Of a stretch of 64,000 nucleotides of DNA, positions 35,939-47,670 are shown piece after piece (the stretch's first letter is position 1; each line of letters begins with the position of its first letter). Source of the DNA: Octopus bimaculoides (Eukaryota); the NCBI RefSeq assembly GCF_001194135.2, contig NC_068993.1, positions 19,750,436-19,814,435 on the forward strand, in the 5' to 3' direction. Below the pieces are notes generated by a model that saw only the letters and a program-made list of their open reading frames with translations, did no database searches and was not told the origin of the DNA. The position numbers and the translations under genes are program-made.

Positions 35939-36189
35939 TTTATGTTGTTCATCAAGTGCAAGTACGTATATATTCATCATTATTTTATTCCTTTTATTCT
36001 ATTTTTTGTAAAAATTGAAGCGTTCATTTGGCAATTCCGTTGCGCATTGAACTTATACTGTGCATGACTTTTGGCCCACACTATAAATTTCATGTCTTGT
36101 ACCTCTGTATAGTTCATTAAGGGAATGAGGCTATTGTTGTTAGCCAAACGAAATGCTTTAGTTTTTTGCCTCTACATTTTTAGTTGTTC

Positions 36190-36340
36190 TTGTTTGGCGC
36201 ACCAACTCAACAGTGACTGAGCAAACTTACAATCAAAGGTGTTCCAGTCATCATCGTCTCATTTTCTGAGACTGTCAGGATTTTAAGAAACTTTGGCAGC
36301 TACTTTTAGCAGGTTGAACGACCACGTAGAAGCTCTTCTT
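36190..36340. mobile_element. Unclassified short interspersed repeat (related fragments near 12780, 40110, 58400-58550)
   Basis: Shared CAAAGG.GTTCCAG and TTTGGC.GCTA.TTTTAGCAGG-like blocks. Confidence 0.35.
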
Positions 36341-36914
36341 TTGCCTTGCATACATTCAAATTTGAATTAAGAATTTACTTTTGTTTTTATCTGCCTGAAT
36401 TCGATAACTGAAAGGTCAATAACAAACTAGACCTGTGCATTGATGAACGCTGAAGAGGTCAGGCAGTAGCTGTTGACTTTAAACCAGCGAACAGATTTCA
36501 ATTCTAGACTGAAACCAGTACACTTCACTCATATCTCTAATATCAAATATATTAACAATATCCCTTTTCACCCTTTTTCTGAATAGTAAAATAAATATCA
36601 TTATAACGTTGCTGCTAGTGAAATAATAAGTTGCATAGTAGAATACCGGAAAAATTATTGGCATTTTTCTAATATACATTATCGTTAAACTCACGCCTAT
36701 AGGTGGCTTTACTTTTATCCCTTTCCTCCGATCGATAAAATAAGCATACACGGAGCGTCGATTAAATCAATTGTGCTATTTCACTATATTTATCTCTTTG
36801 TGTAAATGCTAGACAGAACTCTTTACTTATTGTCAATATGTGAATGCAACGTTTAGCTTCATCGTTATTTGTCATTTTTTTAGCCTGTCGTTACGGCTTG
36901 TTGAGCAGATAGGT

Positions 36915-37200
36915 CTTTTATCTTTTCTTTTGCCGTTCACTTCTTTCAGTCATTGGGCAAAGGGCATGCTATGGGACACCGCCTCTTCGAGAATTTAGTC
37001 GAACAAATTGAGTCCAGTATTTATTCTTTAAACCTGATACTTATCCGATCTGTCTCCTTTGCTTAACCGCTAAGTTACAGGATATAAGAAGACCATTACC
37101 GGTCGTCAAGGTAGGAGTCAAACACAACACACACACATACACACACATACGGACACACACACACATACTCACACACAGACACTCTCACACACACATGCAC
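36915..37200 (-). mobile_element. SINE family C, 3' half
   Basis: TTTCAGTCATT...TTTAGTCGAACAAAT...TACTTAT...AACCGCTAAGTTAC, followed by (CA)n and a gap. Confidence 0.75.
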
Positions 37201-37792
37201 ATATATANNNNNNNNNNNNNNNNNNNNNNNNNNNNNNNNNNNNNNNNNNNNNNNNNNNNNNNNNNNNNNNNNNNNNNNNNNNNNNNNNNNNNNNNNNNNN
37301 NNNNNNNNNNNNNNNNNNNNNNNNNNNNNNNNNNNNNNNNNNNNNNNNNNNNNTATATATATATATATATCGTGGGTAAGGCCAGAACAATGCGGAGTAA
37401 ATGCAAGGCAAATCACAAGAAAACAAATATATGAATTAATGTAGACTTACCTTGCATGCAATATATCGGAGTTATGACCCCATACTTTGAAAATTAACGA
37501 ATGTTGCAGACGTACGTGTGTGTGAGTGTGTGTAGAGTATACATGCGCAGAAAGTTGTTGCTGTGACAACAGCCAGCTTCCTGTAACTCTCTTCTGTTGT
37601 TGATAGTTGGTTTCCTTTGGTGTATAAAGATGACCTCGGAGATTCTAAGGTTGCTCCTGTTGCGCTGTGTTGACCTGATGGATGTGCACTGTGAATTCCC
37701 GGGTCTGGCATTTTCGTAGATGTTTATTTCCTGAAGTGTCTGCCTGCGTGTGTTCTTTTATGCGTATATGTAGTTTTTTTTTTGTTGTGATC

Positions 37793-38620
37793 CCTATGTA
37801 GGATGCGTCACATTTGTCACAGATAATCTCGTATACAACATAGGTCCTCTGGAGTGGTGAAAAGTGTTATTCGTGGACAGATATTTTCTCAGGGCTGGGA
37901 CGGTGTGCACTATCTGTATGTCGAGTCCTTCCCCGAGTACTGCGTGTTGCATCGCTGCAGTAGTCTTGTCACCAAAATATGGTAGCTTTAGGAAGCCTGT
38001 GCCGGAATTGGGAGTATGGGGGTTCTTCCGGAGTTTATTGACCCTGATATTCTTTAGGCGCGGTTGTTTTGCAAAAACTAGTCGGTAATCATTCAGGGCT
38101 AGGTCTCTGAGGAACTGCTTTGTGTTGACGGCTTTGCTGGTCACTTCGCTGGTCACTTCGCTGCAATTATTGTTTATACATGCAATCTCGTTTCTCACAT
38201 ATGCGGCTTTACTCACCAGAGCCAAAGCCGCATACGTGAGAAACAAGATTGCAGGGAAGTGACCGACAAAGCCGTCAACACAAAGCAGTTCCTCAGAGAC
38301 CTAACTCTGAATGGTTACCGACCAAACAACGGCGCCTAAAGAACATCAGTGTTAATAAACCTCGGAAGAACCCTCACACTGCCACTTCCTGCACAGGCTT
38401 CCTAAAGCTATTACATTTTGATGACAAAACTACTGCAGTGATACAACACGCCGTTCGCAGGGATAGTGCATACCGACCCATCCCTGAGAAAAGCTCTGTC
38501 TACGAATAACACCTTTCACCACTCCGAGGAGTACTCATTATCGAACTACTCCATCAATGCCCCTGAAATGTGCCAGAGGACCTATCTTGTATACGAGATC
38601 ATCTGTGGTAAATGTGGCGC
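37793..38620. mobile_element. Penelope-like element fragment in fold-back (inverted) arrangement
   Basis: Left arm (minus, 37793-38210) and right arm (plus, 38224-38620) encode the same region, KAAYVRNEI..FLKLPYF..TY(V/L)VYEIIC.KC..(SYIG); 13-nt central spacer. Confidence 0.85.
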
Positions 38621-38725
38621 CAGGGCTACAGTAGAAGATACTTTCCTAAAGTGCCACACAATAGGGCTGAAACCAAGACAGCATCATTGTGAAGCAAGCT
38701 TCTTAACCCTACAGCCACGCATGCA
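38621..38725 (-). mobile_element. SINE family C head fragment
   Basis: GGGCTACAGTAGAAGATACTT...AAGTGCCACAC...GGGCTGAAACC...AAGCAAGCTTCTTAACC. Confidence 0.65.
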
Positions 38726-39229
38726 CCTTAAGAATTTACTGGAGAAAACTTTTCAGTACTAACCGACTCTTTTTTTTAAATATATCTTGAACTGTTGTGT
38801 CTAGGGAGAGTCATTTTCTTTTTGTGCCTTATAATTTAACACACTCACCGATAAAATTTCCACTTATTTCTTATTTTTATTTTCGTAAAATTTTCGTTGC
38901 GTCTTGCAACCTTTTCAATAGTCTTGAGAGTCAAGACTATTGAAANNNNNNNNNNNNNNNNNNNNNNNNNNNNNNNNNNNNNNNNNNNNNNNNNNNNNNN
39001 NNNNNNNNNNNNNNNNNNNNNNNNNNNNNNNNNNNNNNNNNNNNNNNNNNNNNNNNNNNNNNNNNNNNNNNNNNNNNNNNNNNNNNNNNNNNNNNNNNNN
39101 NNNNNNNNNNNNNNNNNNNNNNNNNNNNNNNNNNNNNNNNNNNNNNNNNNNNNNNNNNNNNNNNNNNNNNNNNNNNNNNNNNNNNNNNNNNNNNNNNNNN
39201 NNNNNNNNNNNNNNNNNNNNNNNNNNNNN

Positions 39230-39300
<71 letters not shown>

Positions 39301-41467
39301 ATATCTACTTCTGAAACTACCAATTACAATTTACGAATACTTTCTACTCGCAAGATATTATACTGTAACTCTGAACAAGTCACTTAGTTCTACTCTCCTT
39401 ACTAAATAAGACATTTATCACGAATTAGAAACTTATATGTATAAGCAGTTTAATATAAACTGCTTATACATATAAATCAGACAAGGGACGCTGAACTGAA
39501 TTTCAAATATAAAAAGAAAAATCCTAATTAATTGAATTTCCCTTCTTGAAGGAAGAAAACTAATATCTAGTAGTAATTCTTGGCGACTCTCAAGGAAAAA
39601 TAGTATAAAATTTCAAGAAATTTAGAATAAATCGATATACTAATTTGCCAGCTCAGAAGAAAGTCTGATCTTTGCTTACACGCGAAGACATCTACGAACA
39701 TGTTTCAGTCTAACATCTTTATCAGAGCATAGTTAACTGATATATTCGCACACACACATAAGTATGAGCGCGCGTGCACGTGTGTGTAAAGAGTAACAAA
39801 TAAATTTAGGCCGGTATGATATGCTGCATTAAACCATAAAGAGAGCTAAGGGAAATAATTGAAAAGAAACAACGACTTGAATTGAGATAAAGGCATCATA
39901 AAGATTAAATGAGTTTATAAGTAATCTAACTAATGGTATTTAATGATGAAGACGATTACATTCTCTAAATAAGAAGTCACCGATACTATCGTTGTTGTTT
40001 AACTCAATACGAAACCTTAACGAGTACATCCCATAAATGAGCACGTCGTATTGTTCGGAGTGTGTCTACGACTACATTATCTAATATGTCCTTTCAGACG
40101 TTAGAACTTGATTTAAGGGAGATTCGGCTAATATCTCTATGAGGTTGCGGGATGTCGTGTGAAAGGGAGAAAACTCTGCTTGTCTTTCTTCTTACATTGG
40201 TTCAATGATACAAAATTATAATGAAAGGCTCTCATCACTTGACTCGATTACATTTTGTACCTACATTCTATTTTTATCGACTGCAAGGTTTACAAAAGCA
40301 AAACCAATCCGCATACCATTTAAACAGTGAACAAAAAGGAATAAACTATGTACAGCAAGGCAAATACATGGTATCTCCTAGTGGACAGCTAATAGAAGGG
40401 AGGTAATCATTTGTTCGCAATATTTGGCGGGATTAGAAGTTTGAACTTTAAATTAAGGAATTAAGGAAAAGATGCTTTAAAAAAATGCATATTTTAAAGA
40501 TATTTTGTCTTGCTTAATTATTATAAATTTATCAAACTTTTCTAGCCAGTGGAAATGTGATATAACCCTATTTTATTCTTTTTAACCTGAGGTATATCAA
40601 TTAAACATTTTATGAAGCGAGACATTTCTCACAGAACATAATTACAGTCTCATGTTAATTAGTGCAAGCCCTCAACTAAGGTCTGGCATTCCACCAGCTT
40701 AAAACCCGATTTAATTGACCGATGTTTCATAAGCCTGCTAAAATCTAGTGATGGATGGGTTAGAGCAATGTAACTTTACTACCTCACACTTCATGCAAAT
40801 GTCATTTGTCATGCCTTGAAGACGCCATATGTAATAGCAGTCACTATTTGCATATATTTAGAATAAGCATATTTGCTAACCAAATCTGTGATTCTGACGC
40901 GTGTACGTAAAGTAACATGTAATATATGGTTAATATCTTAACCCTAGTAGGTTGGTAATAATATTCGACGGGGATAATCTTTACTGACATGTATACAGAC
41001 AATTTTCTACCGATTATTGCCTGCAAAATGAAAAAAGAAACACAACTAGAAGCTGTCAGGGGCAGATTCTCCAAATTGTGTGTGTGTGTGTATGTGCGTG
41101 CGTGTGTGTGTCTGCGTGTGATAGCACTCAATCAATGTGACTATGTAAGCCGTAAATCAACGGATTAAAGACTTACTGTATTTAATTACATTCTTCATTA
41201 TGGTGATTCAAATTCTGCCATTGTTAACTCTTCAACTCTCTAGAGTTGATACAATCAGTACTGCTAGTGACAAGTTGACATAGATGGAATATAGCTCTTC
41301 TCCTAAAGAGCTAGACTTGTAAGTTAGAGATAAATTTATCTCATCGTTTTGAAATACATTTACACCATTAATCCCCAAAAGTAAATAAAATAACAGTATT
41401 ATACTCGAATTAATTAACTCGCTTATATTTGTACTGTCTGTCACTCTCTGCCTCTCTCTCCTGTTGT

Positions 41468-41853
41468 ACTCTTTTATTCCTTTACTTGTTTCAGTCGTTT
41501 GAATGCTGTCATGCTGGAGCACCGCCTTGAAGGGATTTTAGTCGAACAAATCGACCCCAGGACTTTTTTAAAGCCTGGTACTTATTCTATCGGTCTTTTT
41601 TGCCGAAATGCGAAGTTACGAGGGCATAAACACACCAACACCGGTTTCAAGTGGTGATGGTTGACAAATAGACACAAAGACACACACACACACACACACA
41701 CAAGATATGCTACATTCAGTTTATGTCTACCAAATCCACTCACAAGATTTTGGTCGGGCCAATGCTATATAAAAAGACACTTGCCTAACGTGCCACGCAG
41801 TGGGACTGAACCCAGAACCACGTGGTTGGGAAGCAAACTTCTTAGCACAGTCA
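41468..41853 (-). mobile_element. SINE family C, full length with internal (CA)n
   Basis: Canonical tail TTTACTTGTTTCAGTC...GCTGGAGCACCGCC and head GCAGTGGGACTGAACCC...AAGCAAACTTCTTA. Confidence 0.9.
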
Positions 41854-41993
41854 CTAATTAACATGAGACAGTAATTATGTTCTATGAGAAATGTCTCACT
41901 TCATAAAATATTTAATTGATATACCTCAGATTAAGAAGAATAAAATAGGGTTATATCTCATTTCTAGTGACTAGAAAATTTTGCTAATTTTAT

Positions 41994-42059
<66 letters not shown>

Positions 42060-42088
42060 NNNNNNNNNNNNNNNNNNNNNNNNNNNNN

Positions 42089-42125
<37 letters not shown>

Positions 42126-42337
42126 GTATATATATGCATGTATGTATTTAAGTATGTATGCATGTATGTATATAGCATTTTGTGTGAAATTTCTATTAAT
42201 TGCTAATATTATTAATGTGCAAGAGTTACGGGACAAACCTTAAGTACGTTATAGTATTTTGTTTCCCTTTATTTTCTGCGTTCGAATTCCCTCTGGCCTT
42301 AATTCATCTATAATTGATAAAATAAGACCTGTCTTAT

Positions 42338-42518
42338 AGGCACAGGTGAGACGAAGAAGCTCGCTTTGTAACCTTGTGATTTCACTTGCAAAGCGCTTGA
42401 AGAAGTCTTTTCTTCTATAGCACGAGTCGATCAATGCCTTTTGAGCGAATTTGGTAGACGTAAGGCAGCTCGTCGTAAATATATATATATATATATATAT
42501 ATATAGGGGGGGGGTGTA

Positions 42519-42564
<46 letters not shown>

Positions 42565-43128
42565 ATGGAGAAATTATACAAAATGTATAAATAGATGATG
42601 AGTAAAGCACCGGCATAGGTTCGATTACCTGTTATCCGTAGATTTATTGCAGGAACTTCGTAATGGCGGTTGGGGCAACAGTATTAATAAAATAGATGGA
42701 AAGAGGAAATGTTTTATTGGGTACGACACATGTTTCGACCCATTCTGGGTCTCTTCGAGTACATCAATAAAAAGTTTTACGAGAGATCCTCTGATTCGGT
42801 TTTACGTACTGCTATACGTCCATCAACTTCGAGAATATACATATACTCTTTTACTCGTTTCAGCCATGCGGTTGCGTTCATGCTGCAGCACCACCTACAA
42901 ATAGAGAGAGGTGTATATGTATATTGTTTATCTCCTTTCACCATTTTACAACTGGTGTTGGTTTGTTTGCGTCCCGGTACCTTTGCGGCTCAGCAAAAAC
43001 CGATAGAATTTGTACCTACACTGACTTAAAGAAAATAAGAAGTAGTGAAGTGGATTTGTTCGGCTAAACCCTTCAAGGCCGTGCTCCAGTTTGTTCGCAG
43101 TCCTTTGAATGAAACAAGTAAAAGAATA
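42338..43128 (+). mobile_element. SINE family C (head 42338-42478, tail about 42910-43128) split by a hammerhead-bearing insert
   Basis: Head ends ...GAATTTGGTAGACG...CGTCGT before (TA)n; tail has AAAACCGATAGAAT and ends GAAACAAGTAAAAGAATA. Confidence 0.65.
42721..42762 (-). ncRNA. Type I hammerhead-ribozyme-like motif (core variant UCGAAGA)
   Basis: Minus strand GTAC-TCGAAGA-GACCC-agaat-GGGTC-GAAA-CATGT-GTC-GTAC: 4-bp stem I, 5-bp stem II, quasi-palindromic stem III, GUC triplet. Confidence 0.7.
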
Positions 43129-44670
43129 TAAAGACGATACACTGGAAACTTCTGAAACAAAATCAACCGTTACACTATGAGAAATCAGTATTTATACATA
43201 TCGTATAATAAGTAAGTAATATCATAGGAAATAATTCTTGTCAATATTTAAGAGTAGATTGTTATTTAAAAGAAGTATTTATTTAAGGAATATTGTAGAA
43301 TAAGAGGCAAGTGTTTGTGTCTACAGTAACGTTTCCATTCCAATCTGAAGATATTTCCTTTCATATATATGCTGTTGTTATTTGCCTTTGAGAAAGACAT
43401 GGACGACACATATTGGTTTTCTTATAAATCTCAGATATTGTGTCTAGTCAAAAAAGAAAAATCAATAGATGTATTTATTGGCAAGATTCCATGACAGTTT
43501 TACCAATAGTCTGCGATACCAGTATTTATCAGAGGAATTTATCAGCATTATTTTGTAGTAATTATATGTCTCTTAATGGTGGTGGTATTTATAAATAGAG
43601 ATATTGTGATTACAGTAGTTTTTCTAGTGTGTTTTTACCATTGATTCCTCTTGATTAAGCATAGGGATATATTTTCAGGTGACTGCGTCGTCGTCAACAT
43701 AAACAGTTCTATTATATGACTGGTGTTTACTTTATCGACTCCAGTGTGAAGGTATGGGTGTACGGTTTAAGAAGTTCACTTTGCAACTGTGCATCACATA
43801 GACAACTCTCTTTCGACACAGCCTCAAATCTCAAAAATCCTTTTGAATGATATTTAATAGACGTGCACTGCGTTTAAGCCTGTCGAAGGAGCCGTTCCTC
43901 TTCGCGGGCTACAAATCCATCACCTGGTTTTAAACTATTACTTTAGTAAGTTAAACTATTACTTTACTAAGTTCATTATTTTACAACCACTCAAGCCAGG
44001 ATTCCCGTCTATATATAGCTTCTTCCCATCAGCATTGAAGGCTTTGAAAAGAGTCAGGAATAGAACATCTGAATAATTATGGACGGTGTGTAGAAGTCAG
44101 TGTCCTATTGTTTCCAAGAGCTCTCCCCATTTTAATAACAACGATTCTCAACTTTAGCTCTATCACATTCACTTCCTCGGTATTCCTTGTTAGTTGCATC
44201 TACCTACTAGGAGTTATTCAAGATTATCATATCTGACTGCTCGTCATACACTCTTCGAAACACTGGTTATTTAAAAGAATTCAGGCAAGCCATACGTGGC
44301 GTAACGCTTGATGCCATTCAGACTACAGCTGCTACAAGATAAACAAATGATGTTAGCTCATTCAGCAGCTAGCATATATTTTTCATCTATTCCGAAACGT
44401 ATAAAACCCAATCAGAAAAGTTTCCAAAATCCATGTTTCACTTCTTTTATTACTAAACAAAAATCGAAACACTCAAAAGCAGTAGCTACACATTAAACAA
44501 CATAATATCTTGGGCCATCGTGAGACAGGGTATAACACATCGATATTCTCAACAGGAGAATAGCGACAGGACATCGATTATTTCACCTAGTTTTTCTGTC
44601 GTTTTAAAAAGCAAGCTAAAAAAAAAATAAAGAGTAAAAACTTTTTATCTGGATAGCATGGTGGAGGCTG

Positions 44671-44740
44671 AGGGTTGGTTGGTCGGTCGGTTGGTCGGTC
44701 GGTTGGTTGGTTGGTTGGTTGGTCGGTGGATTGGTTGGTA
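44671..44740 (+). repeat. (GGTT)/(GGTC) tetranucleotide repeat
   Basis: Direct reading. Confidence 0.9.
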
Positions 44741-45499
44741 ATGGACGCTGACAGCAGATTTGGAACATTCCCAGAGAAGTGAACAAGGAAGTGGTTACGT
44801 TAGTGAGTAAAAACCTGAACAAAGGGAACATAACAGACAGCTCCAGACCCTTAACAGTGTTAAATACAGTTACGGGTCTGAAGTTATCTGTTACCTTCTC
44901 CTGAAGACTTTTCTAGTTACCTTTGAATTGTTGTCTATTATTTATAGTTTTAGCTGATTCGCGTTTCATCTTTTCAAGTAGAGGGAAAATGTTGACATTT
45001 TTAAAATACTCGTTTATTTTGAAATCAAACTATTTATTATATTAGGACTTTTGCTGAAAAAAAAATTATACATAACGAAAGTTCAGTAATTTATGTTTGT
45101 GGCAAAATTACCTTCAAGCATTTCCATCCCTTCTGTTATACAGTCAGGATATAATTCTAATGGGAGAGCTCTAGTTTGCACCATTCTTTCTTTCCCTAAT
45201 AGAAATTGTTTCGTTTTAAAAGTTTAGTTATTTTATTCAAGTAGACTTAATAATCTTCAAAAAATGTTCATTAGATTTTCATGTCTGTTCAAGTAAAAAC
45301 AAAACCAAAATACCGTGATCTCGAAGAAATTGCTTGACTAATTTGACAGAATGAATAGTAGCAATTATATTTGCAAAACAGAAGATTTTCACGACTATGA
45401 TCTTGTGAAAAAAAAAGGTCATTTGTGAATTTTCTTCTCATTTATATTGTGCAATGACGCTTTTATTGAAGACTAGCACTTACTATAAAATATAGTACA

Positions 45500-45665
45500 A
45501 GTATGGTTCTGTAGTTAAGAAGTTCACATCGTAACCACATGATTCTGCTTTCGCTCACGCTACATGGTAAATTAAACAAGAGCTTTGTGTCATAGCTTCC
45601 AGCTGACTAATGCCGTGCAAGTTAAATTTGGTAGATAGAAACTGTGTGAATACTCATCATATGTG
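45500..45665 (+). mobile_element. Degenerate SINE family C head
   Basis: GTAGTTAAGAAGTTC...AACCACATG...AATTTGGTAGATAGAAACTG followed by (GT)n. Confidence 0.55.
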
Positions 45666-47140
45666 TGTTGATGTGTGTGTGTGGGGGGGGGGGAGACTTG
45701 TGTGGGTATAAGTGTGTGTATGTGCGTGCGTGTGTGTATATGCTTCTCCCATAAACATCAACAAAGGATATTAGCCTTAGTGTGAAATAACGAAAATGTT
45801 CATAATCACTCTTCACTTTTACTGTCAGTTGAGTGAAATAATGACTGATGCGACGCTATTGTCCACGATTTGTGGTTTAAAAAATTTAAATTTAAAAAGG
45901 CGGCGCCAAGCAGCTGTACTCTATTTTTCTCGAATTTTCCGTCTGTTCTAAGATAGGCACCTGGAATATTTGAAAATTTCGATGCATTCGAGAAGTTAAC
46001 ATTTTGGAAATTAACTCCAAACGTTTCTGTGTACTTTTAAAGAAATTATTCTCCATCAACATTGCTTTTTCTGCGGTAATTATTTTTTCGAAAATTTAGT
46101 GATTATATACATCCTGGTGCGTCTGTATATACTTCTTCTACTACTTGTAGTGAAATCCTTTGATAAGGAAACAATATTCTCCAGTGTTTTGAAGAGGAGC
46201 GTTTTTTCATGTCGGACCCATTTTCTGTGGCTTGTCATATTGTTTTGATGGACAAATTCTATCTATTGTAGTTAATGGAATATCTAATTTCCATTTTTTT
46301 GTTTTTGGTTTATTATTTTGTAGTTTTGAAGCTATGAGTCTAAACATGAAATATAAAATTACTTCCTCTCTTCGAAGATGATAAATTGCTACTTTAGCGG
46401 GGGGGAACGTCAATCCCAAAATAAAGTTCTATGCACTATCTAATTACATGAAACGATGAAAGAAATAAAAGAAAAAAACCTTAATTTTAAAAAAGCAAAA
46501 ACGCAGTAAGAATGAAGTTTCCTCTTAGCTTTCGCAAAATTCGGAATGAAGAAACGAAAGTGAAGTGAAGAAATAAAAACTCAATTGAAAATAAAGAATA
46601 GAAATAGACAGAAGATACTTTTCTTTCCAATTCCAATAGAAAATTACATATTAATAGTAATGAAATTAGAATCACAAACCCANNNNNNNNNNNNNNNNNN
46701 NNNNNNNNNNNNNNNNNNNNNNNNNNNNNNNNNNNNNNNNNNNNNNNNNNNNNNNNNNNNNNNNNNNNNNNNNNNNNNNNNNNNNNNNNNNNNNNNNNNN
46801 NNNNNNNNNNNNNNNNNNNNNNNNNNNNNNNNNNNNNNNNNNNNNNNNNNNNNNNNNNNNNNNNNNNNNNNNNNNNNNNNNNNNNNNNNNNNNNNNNNNN
46901 NNNNNNNNNNNNNNNNNNNNNNNNNNNNNNNNNNNNNNNNNNNNNNNNNNNNNNNNNNNNNNNNNNNNNNNNNNNNNNNNNNNNNNNNNNNNNNNNNNNN
47001 NNNNNNNNNNNNNNNNNNNNNNNNNNNNNNNNNNNNNNNNNNNNNNNNNNNNNNNNNNNNNNNNNNNNNNNNNNNNNNNNNNNNNNNNNNNNNNNNNNNN
47101 NNNNNNNNNNNNNNNNNNNNNNNNNNNNNNNNNNNNNNNN

Positions 47141-47173
<33 letters not shown>

Positions 47174-47334
47174 TACATACTTATATATATACGCATTTAA
47201 AAATATATATATTATATATAAACAATAAATTAAATACAAAAATACAATTGACAATCTGACAATTTATTTACATTATAATATATAACATACTATAAATATA
47301 ATATAAGATAAGATAAAATAACATTAAAAACTAT

Positions 47335-47465
47335 TAAAAAACGCCAACAATGTTTTTCGACTTATATACATTATTTGATTTATAAACAATTCATATCCAA
47401 GTATAAAAGTCTCTTCAGGGTCTTTTGTTCAAAAAGACCGACGAAATTATACGATCTGTTTCTAT
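47335..47465 (-). ncRNA. Hammerhead-ribozyme-like motif with canonical core and weak stem III
   Basis: Minus strand GTC-GGTCTTTT-tgaac-AAAAGACC-CTGAAGA-GACTT...AAGTC-GAAA. Confidence 0.65.
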
Positions 47466-47567
47466 ATTAATGAGTTCATACCAGCGTACATATACGTGGA
47501 CATTCTCTGCACAAATTGCATAATGCATAAACATACATGTGTATACTAATACTCGTGTGAATAATGA

Positions 47568-47670
47568 TATATAGTTTATTTATATATGATAATATATTAT
47601 AATATATAATATATAGTTTATTTATATATGATAATATATTATAATATATGATATATAGTTTATTTATATT
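47568..47670 (+). repeat. AT-rich minisatellite, about 39-bp unit, about 2.5 copies
   Basis: Repeated ATATAGTTTATTTATAT(ATGATAATATATTATAATAT). Confidence 0.85.

Noticed and set aside
46180-46420. 70-aa minus-strand ORF
   Set aside because: Only loosely resembles a LINE C-terminal domain; no exon signals; insufficient support.
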